Positions 53,200-64,000 of a stretch of 64,000 bases of DNA are shown piece after piece. Position 1 is the first letter of the stretch. Each line of letters opens with the position of its first letter. The position numbers and the translations under genes are program-made. Source of the stretch: Camelus ferus (taxonomy: Eukaryota); assembly GCF_009834535.1 (NCBI RefSeq), contig NC_045697.1, positions 100,132,001-100,196,000 of the forward strand, written 5' to 3'. The notes beneath the pieces were generated by a model that was not told the origin of the DNA, made no database searches, and saw only the letters and a program-made list of their open reading frames with translations.

Positions 53200-53720
53200 G
53201 TAAGGAGTTTTTGTTCCAACAAACAGCACAAGCAATGGCCCTGTGGCATAGACAGTTCAAAGAGTACTGGAGAAAACTGGATGGATCTGGAGGTGAAATC
53301 AACAGGGCCCATAGGGTCATGAGCACTGAGGGAGGGGTTGGTGCCAAGAATGATTCCACTATTTCTTGGGCAGATGGTGGAGCCAGCCATTCTTTGAGCT
53401 GGGGTGGGGGGTACATAGAAGACACACAAATTTGGGAGAGAAGACATGTTTTTGGACATGCTGGATCTGAGGTGACTTGGAGAATTCCCGATGGAGAAAC
53501 TGTGGACAGATCTGTGGAGAAGTTCAGGAGGGGAGATATAAATTTAGCAGCTGTCAGAATGTAGATGGTACGTGAAGCATGGATGTGGATGAAGTTGAAT
53601 TGACAGATGGTATAAAGAGAAAAGAGAAGGCAGCCTGAGATCAAGCACCGAGAATTCCACACTTAGTGCTGAGCAAAGGAGAAGGAGTCTGCAAAAGAGC
53701 CAGGCAAGAAGCACCCAGAG
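53200..53720 (-). mobile_element. L2 fragment
   Basis: tttggacatgctggatctgaggtg...ggagatataaattt...tagatggta...tgagatca, typical antisense L2. Confidence 0.7.
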
Positions 53721-54280
53721 ACAAAAGGGAAACCTGGCATGACCAGTGCTGCAACCACTCCTGGAAAGAAAGGAAGTATCTGTTCAGGAACTAGAACTCC
53801 AGGATCAGCAGGCTTCTTTAAAATGCTTTGAGAGCTTAAGCACTGTGCAAAACACTTCTTTTGGAAAATTTACCCTGAATTTCAGGTGAAACCCATCAGC
53901 AATGTGGCTACACCAACATAGGTGTTAACAAATCCTCCTTGCGAATTAATTTTTGGAACACAACCCATTTGTAACTTGAGTACATCATGACAGAGGGACA
54001 CATTTCACTCTAGTTTTATCTTAAATATTTTGGGTGGATAGAATTTTTTAAAACAGCACTTCACTCCTGGAATTTGCTATAATTTGAATGTCTAATTTTA
54101 AGTATGAGAATGAAGAGGAAGGAGAAATGAGACAGAGGTACATTACTCCATTTTTTTTGCGTATTTTTCCTTTGCCTCTGAATGACAGTTGAGCTGTCAG
54201 TTCTACAGTTTCCTATAAACTAATTAAGCTCTGCCTTCTGTGTGGCAGCAGTAAGAACTGACCAAGACGATCCCTTGGTA

Positions 54281-54898
54281 GGAATCCTACTCCTGGGCAT
54301 ATATCCAGAAGAAACCCTACTCCAAAATGACACCTGCACCCCAATGTTCATAGCAGCACTATTTACAACAGCCAAGACATGGAAGCAGCCTAAATGTCCA
54401 TCAATAGATGACTGGATAAAGAAGATGTGGTCTATGGACACAATGGAATACTATTCAGCCATAAAAACCAACAACATGACACCATTTGCAGCAACATGGA
54501 TTTTCCTGGAGAATGTCATTCTAAGTGAATTAAGCCAGAAAGAGAAAGAAAAATACCATATGAGATCGCTTATATGTGGAATCTAAAAAAAACAAAACAT
54601 AAATACAGAACAGAAACAGAGTCATAGACATAGAATACAAACTTGTGGTTGCCAAGGGGGCGGGGAGTGGGAAGAGACAGACTGGGATTTCAAAATGTAG
54701 AATAGATCAATAAGATCATACTGTATAGCACAGGGAAATATATACAAGATCTTGTGGTAGCTCGCAGCGAGAAAAAAATGTGACAATGAATACATGTATG
54801 TTCATGTATAACTGAAAAATTGTGCTCTACACTGGAATTTGACACAACATTGTAAAATGACTATAACTCAATAAAAAAAAAAAGTTAAAAAAAAAAAA
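54281..54898 (+). mobile_element. Young 5'-truncated L1 (ORF2 C-terminus, 3'UTR, poly(A))
   Basis: ORF 54242-54586 carries the L1 ORF2p C-terminus. Imperfect TSD aagacgatcccttggta / aagatgatccttagta. Same subfamily as the 39197 element. Confidence 0.95.
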
Positions 54899-56764
54899 GA
54901 TGATCCTTAGTAAAGTGATATCCAGCAACCGAGAACTACAGAAGGGAATACAGGTAAAACCAGAGACAAATGGCAAGTTCCTTTACACGTAACCCTCTCA
55001 GTAAAACATGACTGAACTGGACATGGCTGATGAGGCAATAGATGCTTGGTTGTTTTAGTTGACATTGGGAAATTTGAGGCTGCGGCTCTGTGAAAATCCT
55101 TATCTGCTTCCCAGGCACAAGGAGGTACCTTGATAAAGCACAGGCTCTGGACTCCCAGCTGTGCTGCTCATTCACACCCAATGGACTTCTGAAAATAGTG
55201 TGTTATTCCTAAATATCAAGAAGTACTTTGGAGATTAATACATGTTTGTTTTTTGCACTTGTCTTACATCTATATGTGTAAGCTTCAGAATGACTCCTGA
55301 GGGTGTAACACATGGGGAACCAACCAGATTTAGATATTTCTTCCTTTAAAGCAAAATGTATATATTCTTGAGTTTGTACTGCATTGAGAATAAATTTGGT
55401 CTAAAATATAGATGTCTGCAAGAAAACTAAACATGTCTGAGCAGGTTAATTTCTCAATGGAAAACAAAGAGTTCTATGTACAAGACTAGCTCCTAAAAGG
55501 CATTCCAGAGTTTCCAATCTTTGCTTGTTAACTCATTTTCTTTCTTTTTGATTTTCAATATAAAATATGTATAATTTCCAAAGGTTAGAAAGGAATTGAG
55601 GCACTAATCAATCCCCACCTGTTCTTGTAAGGTCTACCTCCTGCATAGCCCATTGATTTATATCCACACAACCCAAATACAGAAGGGTCAGAAGGCAGCC
55701 TGCCTCATCCTTACCATAACAGAGATGGACTGAACATTCAGCTGACCCATAAGTGGGAATAGGATAGTGGCAGTGACAGTCTTCTGTAAGGACTCTCTAA
55801 AAATACTCCTTCTGGAAACTGAAAGGCCACCAGCAAAGATGCGGGGGACTTGGGTTCATGTCTTGCTTCTGCCCTTACTCAGTGTGTGAATGACTGAATG
55901 AGCAGATGTCTCTGAAACTCATCTTCCTCTCTAACACACAGTGAGTGGACTGCATACACAACCTTTAATATTTCCTCTAGATCTAGAATCACAGTTTTCT
56001 TAGATTTCTGGCACCCTTATGTGCTCCCAATCATCACGAAAGGCAGCCTGATTTATTTTTCATGTACTTACATTTTCTTCTTTTTAAAAATAAAACTGGA
56101 TGTTGAATTAGAACTCCCCGACATTTCATCAAAATAAAGATCTAAAGGTTTTATTTGATCAAAAGCAGATTCAAAGGCTGACACAGTTCCCTCTCCTTGA
56201 TGTCAGTAACGGGATGAGCAGAAGCCGACTTTGTTTAGTTACCTCTCTTTCCATCTGAGGCTTAGAAAGTATACTATGAGATAAAACTCAGGTGGGATAG
56301 TGAGGACCCCTTTCTGTTGAGCTGCCAGTGGGCTGGCTTTATAGGATTTAGTAGGTTTGGTACAAACTCAGGCTTGGTTAGTTCCAAACCCCATCTTCTT
56401 TTCAATTTATCACTTTGTCTCCAGGAAAGCCAGTTAAAGACTGGAAATTTCTTCAATTATTAAAGGGAAAACAGCGTCCTGTTACCTACGTATCTCCATT
56501 TCTTCTTCAAAGGAAGGCTTTGTGTTGATAGTACATGCTCAATGATTAATTTGAGAAGACTGAGAGTGGGGGGTAAAAATTTCCATTGCCACAGTCCTAG
56601 GCTTATGTCATTTAACTTGTGGACTGGTGTACTGAGTCAGTGACAACTCTTCTTTTATTAATAGAGGTCTTTGTATACGTGGACCAAAATGAATGCATCT
56701 TCAATGTCTGATGTTCCGATTCTGGGTATTTCAGCTGCAGAGCCTTCAGGATTTTTGTGGGGCG

Positions 56765-56801
56765 TGTGTGTGTTTGTGTGTTTGTGTGTGTGTTTGTGTG
56801 T
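56765..56801. repeat. Interrupted (TG)n microsatellite
   Basis: Directly visible. Confidence 0.85.
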
Positions 56802-57239
56802 CTGCCTGCACACATCTGGCTGATCCCAGTGAGATACATAATCACCATCTTCATTCCTACCCACAAACAGTAGGCATCCCCACTAGAGGGATTCTTTAAG
56901 GTTTTGTGAGCACAAATATTTTTTCACTTGTCCAAGGGAAGTGAGTGAAAGCTCCAAGTGAAGTGAAACCCCCGAGCAATGAAGCCTGTGAATAAGAATA
57001 GGGAGACATGCAGCTCCAGTCCTCAACACAAATTCCAGCAGCACTCAGCAATCATGGCTGGATCCGGGGTGCATTCAGGGATTGATATTCACTAGGTAGG
57101 CACTCCTATTAAAAGATAAATATACACTCTCAGTAGCTATCTGCCTTGGCAATTCAGATCATTGGATTAGTACATAATTAAAGAAGTGAACTTCAATGTA
57201 TAATTGAAAACTATTAGCATCATTTCAATTTTTAAAAAT

Positions 57240-58000
57240 AATTTGTTATCCTCCTTTGTACAGTGTCTAAGTCGTTTGCTAATTTTTAATTGGGTTGGCT
57301 GTCTGTTCCTCACTGATTGGTAGGCGTTTTCTATTCTAAATATAAGTCTTTTTTATTGAATAATGTAATGCAGGTATCAAGTGTGTGGTTGCCTTTTCAC
57401 TCTTGTATGGAATCTTTTAACGAATATACATTCTTAATATAATGAAGTCCAGTTTATCTATATTTTTATGATTAGTGCTTTTGATTTCCTATTTAAGAAA
57501 TCTTCATTTATCTCAAAGTTACAAAAAAATTCACCTATGCTTTCTTCTAAAACGAAGAAATTGTTTGTTTTAGCTATCACACTTGGATTTGCAATCTATC
57601 CAAATTCTTTTATATGGCATGAAGTAGGGTTCAAAGATCCTTTTCTTCCACATAGTTCTAATTGACCTAGAACCATTAGTTTCTAAAAGACCACCCTCTC
57701 CTCTATGTTGTAATGAGGACTGTTCAAAGTGCTCCTATGTATTTTGGTCTGATTCTGGACTTTCTTTCCTATGTCGTTGTCCTCTTGTCTACCTCAGCAC
57801 CAGTACCACACTGTCTTATTTACTGTGACCATATCCTAAATCTTGATATCTGCTCATACAAGTTCTCCTACTTTGCTCTTTTTCTTCAGTATTGCCTTGG
57901 GTATCCCTAATCCCCTTGCATTTTCATATAAATTTAACATCAGTTTGTCAATTTACAGACACATATATACACACATGCATGACCTGCTTGGGATTTTAAT
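57240..58000 (-). mobile_element. Old L1M ORF2 fragment
   Basis: gtaccacactgtctt...ttttcatataaattt...cttgggattttaattggg antisense L1 motifs. Confidence 0.75.
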
Positions 58001-58349
58001 TGGGCTTTATATTATCTATGGACCCATTCTGAGAGAACTTTCACAACTAATCAGAGAGAAATTAAAATCACAGTAGGATACCATTCATATCCAACAAAAA
58101 TGGCTGCAATTTACAAAAGAAAAAGAAAATCTGATCAAGTCAAATGTTGTCAAGGATGTGGAGCAACTAGAACTCTCTTACATGACTGGTGTGATACAAA
58201 TTGATCCAAACACTTTCAGAAAATATTTGACAATAGCTATCAAAATTAAACATATGCTTAGATTTCATCCAGTTATTTCACTCCAACCTTGCATGCTGTT
58301 CCATGTCCAGTACACCCTTCCCTTTATTGTGTGGAATACTTTTCTCTCT

Positions 58350-58625
58350 ACAGCGTGTGGTTTACAGCATGAGTTCTAGAGTCAGATTGCTTGCCTTCAT
58401 ATTCCAGCTCCACTTACTGGCTGTGTGATCTGGGCAAGTTACTTAACTTCATGTATCTCATGTGGATAAAATGGTTAGCATGTTTATACACTATTTATTA
58501 TCAGCAACCTGGGGGAGGCAGTGGCTAATACCCACACCACAGGGCTGTTTTGCTGAGTGGACTAGCAACTAGGAACAGCACCTAGCAACTAGTAAGGGCT
58601 CAATAAGTGTTAGCTATTATTATTA
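58350..58625 (+). mobile_element. MIR
   Basis: ccagctccacttactggctgtgtgatctgggcaagttacttaac...ctcaataagtgttagctatt. Confidence 0.8.
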
Positions 58626-59503
58626 TTTTCTACCTATTGTAAACCTACTTATTTTTCAATGCTTATCTAGTTCAAAATTGCACCTCTTCCATGAAACTTT
58701 TTTCCAGACAAAGAGGAAGAAGATATTAATTCTGACAGGCATTTTGTCCCTTTCCCTCTCTCCCTACACTTACAAACTTTTCTTCTCCCTACACTTTAAA
58801 TATTCTTTTTACTTTCCCATATTTGGCTTTGATTGTGAATTGTTCTGTTGGCATTTGCCCCTCCAGACTGTAAGCATCCTCAAAGTGGAAATCTCGGCTC
58901 ACCTGAGTGCCTTTCTAGATCTCTTCCTGGTGCTCTGGACTTAAGTGTTCAATAGCTGTTTGTTACATTGCATGCAACTGAATCAAGGAAGGGAGATTGC
59001 TAGGCACCTTTGAATAATAATGTTACTGGACGTGTTTCCTTTCCAAGAAGCTTGTCATTTGGAATTGCCCTTAAACAAGTGGTTGAGCTCAATGGACAGA
59101 CAGTTTCTTAGTGATCTAAGAACAAGACAATGAGCAATTGTGTTAAGGCCCAGGAAAGTGGCTTGAACACTGGCAGGAAAATACTTGGGCTGACTGGAAC
59201 AAGCGTTTGGGGTAAAATCTGCCTTTACTATGAAAATGTAAAGTTGGAGATTTCTCCAAATATGATCTCAAAAGCAGTGGAGCATATTAAGATATTTGCA
59301 TTTCTAAAAGAGAAAAGGACTTTCCATAAACTGGGCTCAGTCTTGAGTTTGTGGCTGGAAAGCTTTGGGTTTTCAGTCCTAGAGTTTTTATTTACTCAGG
59401 TTGACTTGAAAGGTCAATTTGTGCTCAAGGCTTTAATTTATTTTGCATTGAGTCTTAGTTACAAAAATCTCTGAAGTGCTTCAATGAAAGAAGTTACATA
59501 TCT

Positions 59504-60040
59504 CAGGCTTCCCACTGTGCAGACCCCAGGCAAGAGTACACACAGGGACCCCATATTGTATGTGTAAATATGTACAAGGTGTACATTAAGATAATGAACT
59601 GCTAAACAAAATATATTCTATTCTCCCACCTTCATAAACCTGGACGCCATGTTCAAGTTCAGAATTCCTGTGCTCCTCACGGTCCCACACTGGGACATGG
59701 TGGCACAGGGCTTCTCTTCTGTTCCAGCCTCAGCTGTCCCTGATCTTGGGGGGCTTCCTGAGCAGGTATGGATGGTCCATATATCCAAGTTCCAGCCACA
59801 CTTTCCACAAAGAGCTGGCCTTGGGGCCCCAGGGTGTGCACAGAGACAGCATGGTCTACCCTCTAGTTGATGGACTTAGAGGTGCTGGGATCCCGGAACT
59901 CTAGCGAGACACTGAAGGAAAGGAAGGCTGTGGCTCTGTGATGCCCTCCTTTGCACTGTAGGGAGGGTCTGTCTTGAAAAAGACCCAAATCGTGTGCTTT
60001 AATATGTCAGCCCTCTAGTTTGGGTCTAAGGACAGCACTG
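59504..60040 (-). mobile_element. MER115-like hAT-Tip100 DNA transposon remnant
   Basis: caggc...ggcaagagtaca...aaatatattctattctcc at the start and gggtctaaggacagcactg at the end, recalled as MER115 in reverse. Confidence 0.6.
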
Positions 60041-60526
60041 AGGCTACTTAAATAACATGTATAATGATAATGTATCTCAGGGGATTTTAAGCATTTACTT
60101 ATAGGACCTACTGTCATTCTTAATCACCAATATTATAGCACTAAACAAAATTCTGGTGTTAACTCTTTTCCATCCCCAAAATGAAAAGTCTTAGACTTAA
60201 AAAATTTTTTTGTTAATACTGAAACATCAGTAGTTACCAGAGAGCAAGCAATTTTACTTGGGCTTTGTTCACACCATAATTCTGAAAGCCATGGACTTGG
60301 TGTCATTTCTACATCATTCAGACTCATCCAAAAGAAAAAGAGAAAACTGTGGGCTTTTTGTAAAACCATGCCATTATGGGTGATCATGGCCAACAGAGGA
60401 TGGGTTATTACTGGTAAAGGCTCATCAGAAACTCTCTTCCCTGGTAATTGGAATTGAATGGTCTAACCCTACTCCAGTTTCTGCTTCTCAGGGAGTCCAC
60501 CCTTCTCTCAGAAACATAGATACTAA

Positions 60527-61165
60527 AAGAGAACCCTCCTACACTGTTGGTAGGAATGTAAATTGGTTCAGCTACTATGGAGAACAGTATGGAGGTTCCT
60601 TAAAAAACTAAAACTAGAGTTACCATATGATCCAGCAATCCCACTCCCAGGCATATATCCAGAGAACACTCTAATTTGAAAAGATACATGTGCCCCAATG
60701 TTCATAGCAGCACTATTTACAATAGCCAAGACACAGAAGCAACCTAAATGTTCACCGACAGATGACTGGATAAAAAAGCTGTGGTGTATATATATATAAT
60801 GGAATGTTAATCAACTGTAATTATACCAAAAATGCCATTTGCATAAACATGGATGGACCTAGAGATGATCATACCAAGTGAAGTAAGTCAGAAAGAGAAA
60901 GATAAATACTATATAATGTCACTTATACATGGAATCTAAAATATGATACAAATGAACTTGTTTACAAAACAGAAACAGATCCACAAACACAGAAAACAAA
61001 CAGGGCTACCAAAGGGGGAAGGGGAAGGAGGGATTAATTAGGAGTTTGGGATTAGCAGATACAAACTGCTATATATAAAATAGATAAACAACAAGGTCCT
61101 TCTGTGTAGCACAGGGAATTATATTCAATATCCTGTGATAAACCATAATGGAAAATAATGTGAAA

Positions 61166-61220
<55 letters not shown>

Positions 61221-61295
61221 TACATGTATAACTGAATCACTTTGCTGTACACCTGAAACAACACTGTAAATCAACCATATTTAAAAGCAAAAAAA
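60527..61295 (+). mobile_element. L1 3' fragment with internal (TA)n
   Basis: gaaccctcctacactgttggtaggaatgtaaattgg...ctgaatcactttgctgtacacctgaaac. Confidence 0.93.
61169..61210. repeat. (TA)n microsatellite, about 20 units
   Basis: Pure TA run inside the L1 3'UTR. Confidence 0.95.
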
Positions 61296-63469
61296 GAAAC
61301 AGATGTTAGAACTTCAGATTCATTTGCTTACTCATTCAGAGAAAAACAAAAGCTGCAATATATTATCTTAGACACCTCCTTGTCAGGATAATATGCGTGA
61401 ATAACTCAAAAATAAGCTTTGAAGTCAAATAGATTTGATTCCCATTTTAGCTCTGCTATTTTATCATTGTGTGACATGAATGTGGGTAACACCATACACT
61501 CCACAAGCTGTAAAGATTAAGTGGAATCATTGATAGAAAAGCACAGTGCTGAGACATTCAATGAATGTTACCTTCTTTCCTCTCTATTCCTGTCCACTGT
61601 ATTCAACTCAAATTTGAAAATCATTACCAAAGTAGATCCATAATGATAAATTAGAATATAAATGACTTTCATCCACTCAATGGTTATAAATGCTGTAGCA
61701 GAACGTACAATCAACTGTCAGGTTCACGAACACAAAAACCTTAGAGTGAAAAGAATTTGGGGTGCTTATCCAGGGAGGTACCTGGTGGTTCTGAAGAACA
61801 AAGAACATTCTTGACATGAAATTGAGCTCCAAAACTTCATACTCTAAGACTGTAGCTGTATTCTGGTTAACCTCACTTTTTTTTCACGAGAGGTTACAGT
61901 TAGTCTTTTTAGGAATAACTTTTCCACTAATCACTGCCAATCGTTCTGAAGTTATTGCAAAATAAAGGATCTTTTTCAAAAAGCCACCATTCAAATCACA
62001 ACATGTGGCCCTAGGAATCTTTCTGACAGCTTCTGAGGTGGCTGCTTCTGGAGACCTGCCAGGACATCGCCTGCACACCAGCTCCGAGGCTCCCCGGCCC
62101 TGGGCAGCCGGGAGGGGTGGGGTGGGGCTGCTGACCCTCACCTGACTGGCGCTGGGCCAACCTGGCTGAGAAGCCACAAGAATTCAATTTCTCTGCCCTG
62201 AAATGTAATTATTGGTTATTGTCAAGGAAGTGAATCAGCTCTCCCTCCCTTTCTCCTTTTGCTTTGCAGTATTACAGTATTTTGAGTTTGTGTGCATGTG
62301 TGTGCGGTCTCAGCAAAATGCACATACTCACACAAAAAATGAAACTGTACATACACATATATGTGTGTGTTGTAGCTTTTTCTTTTTATATGTAAAAGAT
62401 GCTCTAACTTCTTTACTAAAGAAAACAACTCAAAACTGCTTGTGACAGACACACCGATGATATATTTAAAGGAAATTGTGTGGGGACATGTGGTTTTTGT
62501 CTGCAGACAACTCATGGCAACGTCTAACTGAGGCACTACTCCCCGCTAAGCACTGGAGGAGACACTTCTGAAAAAAAAAAAACCACCATCTTTTAAGAGA
62601 AACAGTTCTTGCCGTGTAGGGTATACTAAAGTCACATTTCAAACATTTCTAAGAATGTATGAAAAAGAGCATGATGTCATCAGAATTTCTGGTCCTTTTT
62701 CATTTACTGAGAATCCTCAGGAGTCTGAGATAAGACCAAGCCGTGGCAGCTGCAGTGAATCCAAGGAGCTGTCAATCAGACACACAGAGAACACAGGCGT
62801 GTCCAGCATGTACAGAAGCAAATAACCGGGACAAAAGAGAACCTGGATGTGCTTTCCAAGTGGGAGCAAAGTTGATTTTTTCCCAATAAATTTAAAGATG
62901 TTAAGAAGTGAGAGCTTCTGATAGCATATATGCTTTGGTGAGATAAACAAACAAAAGACACGCTTAAAAAGAATATCATTTCAGAAGGAGAATATGTCTT
63001 GAATCCTCAAAGACAAACCTGGTGAGAATGGTTTCTAGAAGCCGTGGGAATGATGTGGGAGAAAGAAGGGGAATCTACAACATTCGCTGGAGCTCTGTCC
63101 TCCTTCCTCCTGAAGACGTCCTTTATAAATGCCTCTTGTTCATCATCTTCTTGCTTTCTTAGCTCCGTTCCTTCCCACCAAGCTGGACCTCCAGCTCACT
63201 CCAGGGACACAGTAGGCTCGTCCTCACAGTGTCCCATCAAATGCTGCTTCTCCCTCCCCCTTAGATCCCTAGAACCCAGGGCCGCCCTTCTACTCCCAGA
63301 CAGGCCTGTTGCTCCCACTTTTCTCCTCCTAGCTGAAGGTCTAGCTTTGTATCTCTTGTAAAACTTGCTTCTGCACCTCCTGCTTTCTTGGGGGACTTGG
63401 TCAAACTCCCTTTGGCACTTGACATCATTTGAACTCCCTTGACTCTAGGCTCATTTAAATGTTTAATTT

Positions 63470-63725
63470 GATTTGGAGTAGTGCTTAAGCACTTGGTCTC
63501 TGATGATGGACTTTTGGGCTTGGAATCTGAGCTCCAACATTCTCACGAGCTGTGCAACTTTAGGCAAGCTACCGAACTTCTCTGTGCCTCATATTCCTCA
63601 TCGTAATAGGGAGCAAAACATCACCTAACTCGTAAGGTTGTTGTGAGGAATAAATGAGTTAATAAATAAAAAGTACTTAGAACAGAACCAGCCAGACAGT
63701 AGATACTGAGTAGTTATTAGCTGTT
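63470..63725 (+). mobile_element. MIR, near full length
   Basis: gtagtgcttaagcac...cttctctgtgcctca...gttgttgtgaggaataaatgagttaat. Confidence 0.85.
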
Positions 63726-64000
63726 ATGTTGGCATCAACAAGATCTTCAATTACGAGGCATTCTGCCCACCATTTTCTGCCTCTAAACTTTGGCTGGCTG
63801 GTCCAGCCCCTGATATCTTACCATCTCCACCACCAAAAGACTCCCATCTTCAATTGCCAACATGCTGCCCAGAAGTGGGAAAGGTAAGAACGGGAACTGA
63901 TGGGAGGTGATACTAACAGAGTGCCGGCCACGTGCCAGGCCTGGACCAGGTGCATTCACACGCCTCACTTCACATGATTTCTGTAAGTCCTAGGAACTCA

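Noticed and set aside
53150..53662. Bidirectional ORFs of 170 and 132 aa
   Set aside because: They overlap a decayed L2, with no domain or splice support.
1..64000. RNF150 exon 1, promoter CpG island, remaining RING exon, CRISPR arrays or prokaryote-type systems
   Set aside because: I found no CpG island, no HLFHKSCVDPW-coding sequence and no regularly spaced repeat array. The sequence is mammalian intron.

Overview
AT-rich, repeat-dense mammalian genomic DNA, most likely from a camelid (inferred from tRNA-Ala-like SINEs resembling Vic-1 and from young L1 3' ends). The whole window lies inside RNF150, a PA-TM-RING-H2 E3 ligase gene on the minus strand. Three coding exons are present (23525-23775, 14294-14365, 12229-12311), all with canonical AG/GT boundaries and consistent phase. 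Exon 1 lies beyond the right edge and the exons completing the RING lie beyond the left edge. The rest is intron with L1, L2, MIR, SINE, LTR and DNA-transposon relics. I see no evidence of a new multi-gene system. The most notable observations are a candidate in-frame 24-nt microexon that would split the RING zinc ligands, two apparent local templated duplications, two 5'-inverted (twin-primed) L1 insertions and a probable short 3' transduction. Repeat family names come from recalled consensus motifs, not a database search, and old-repeat boundaries are approximate.
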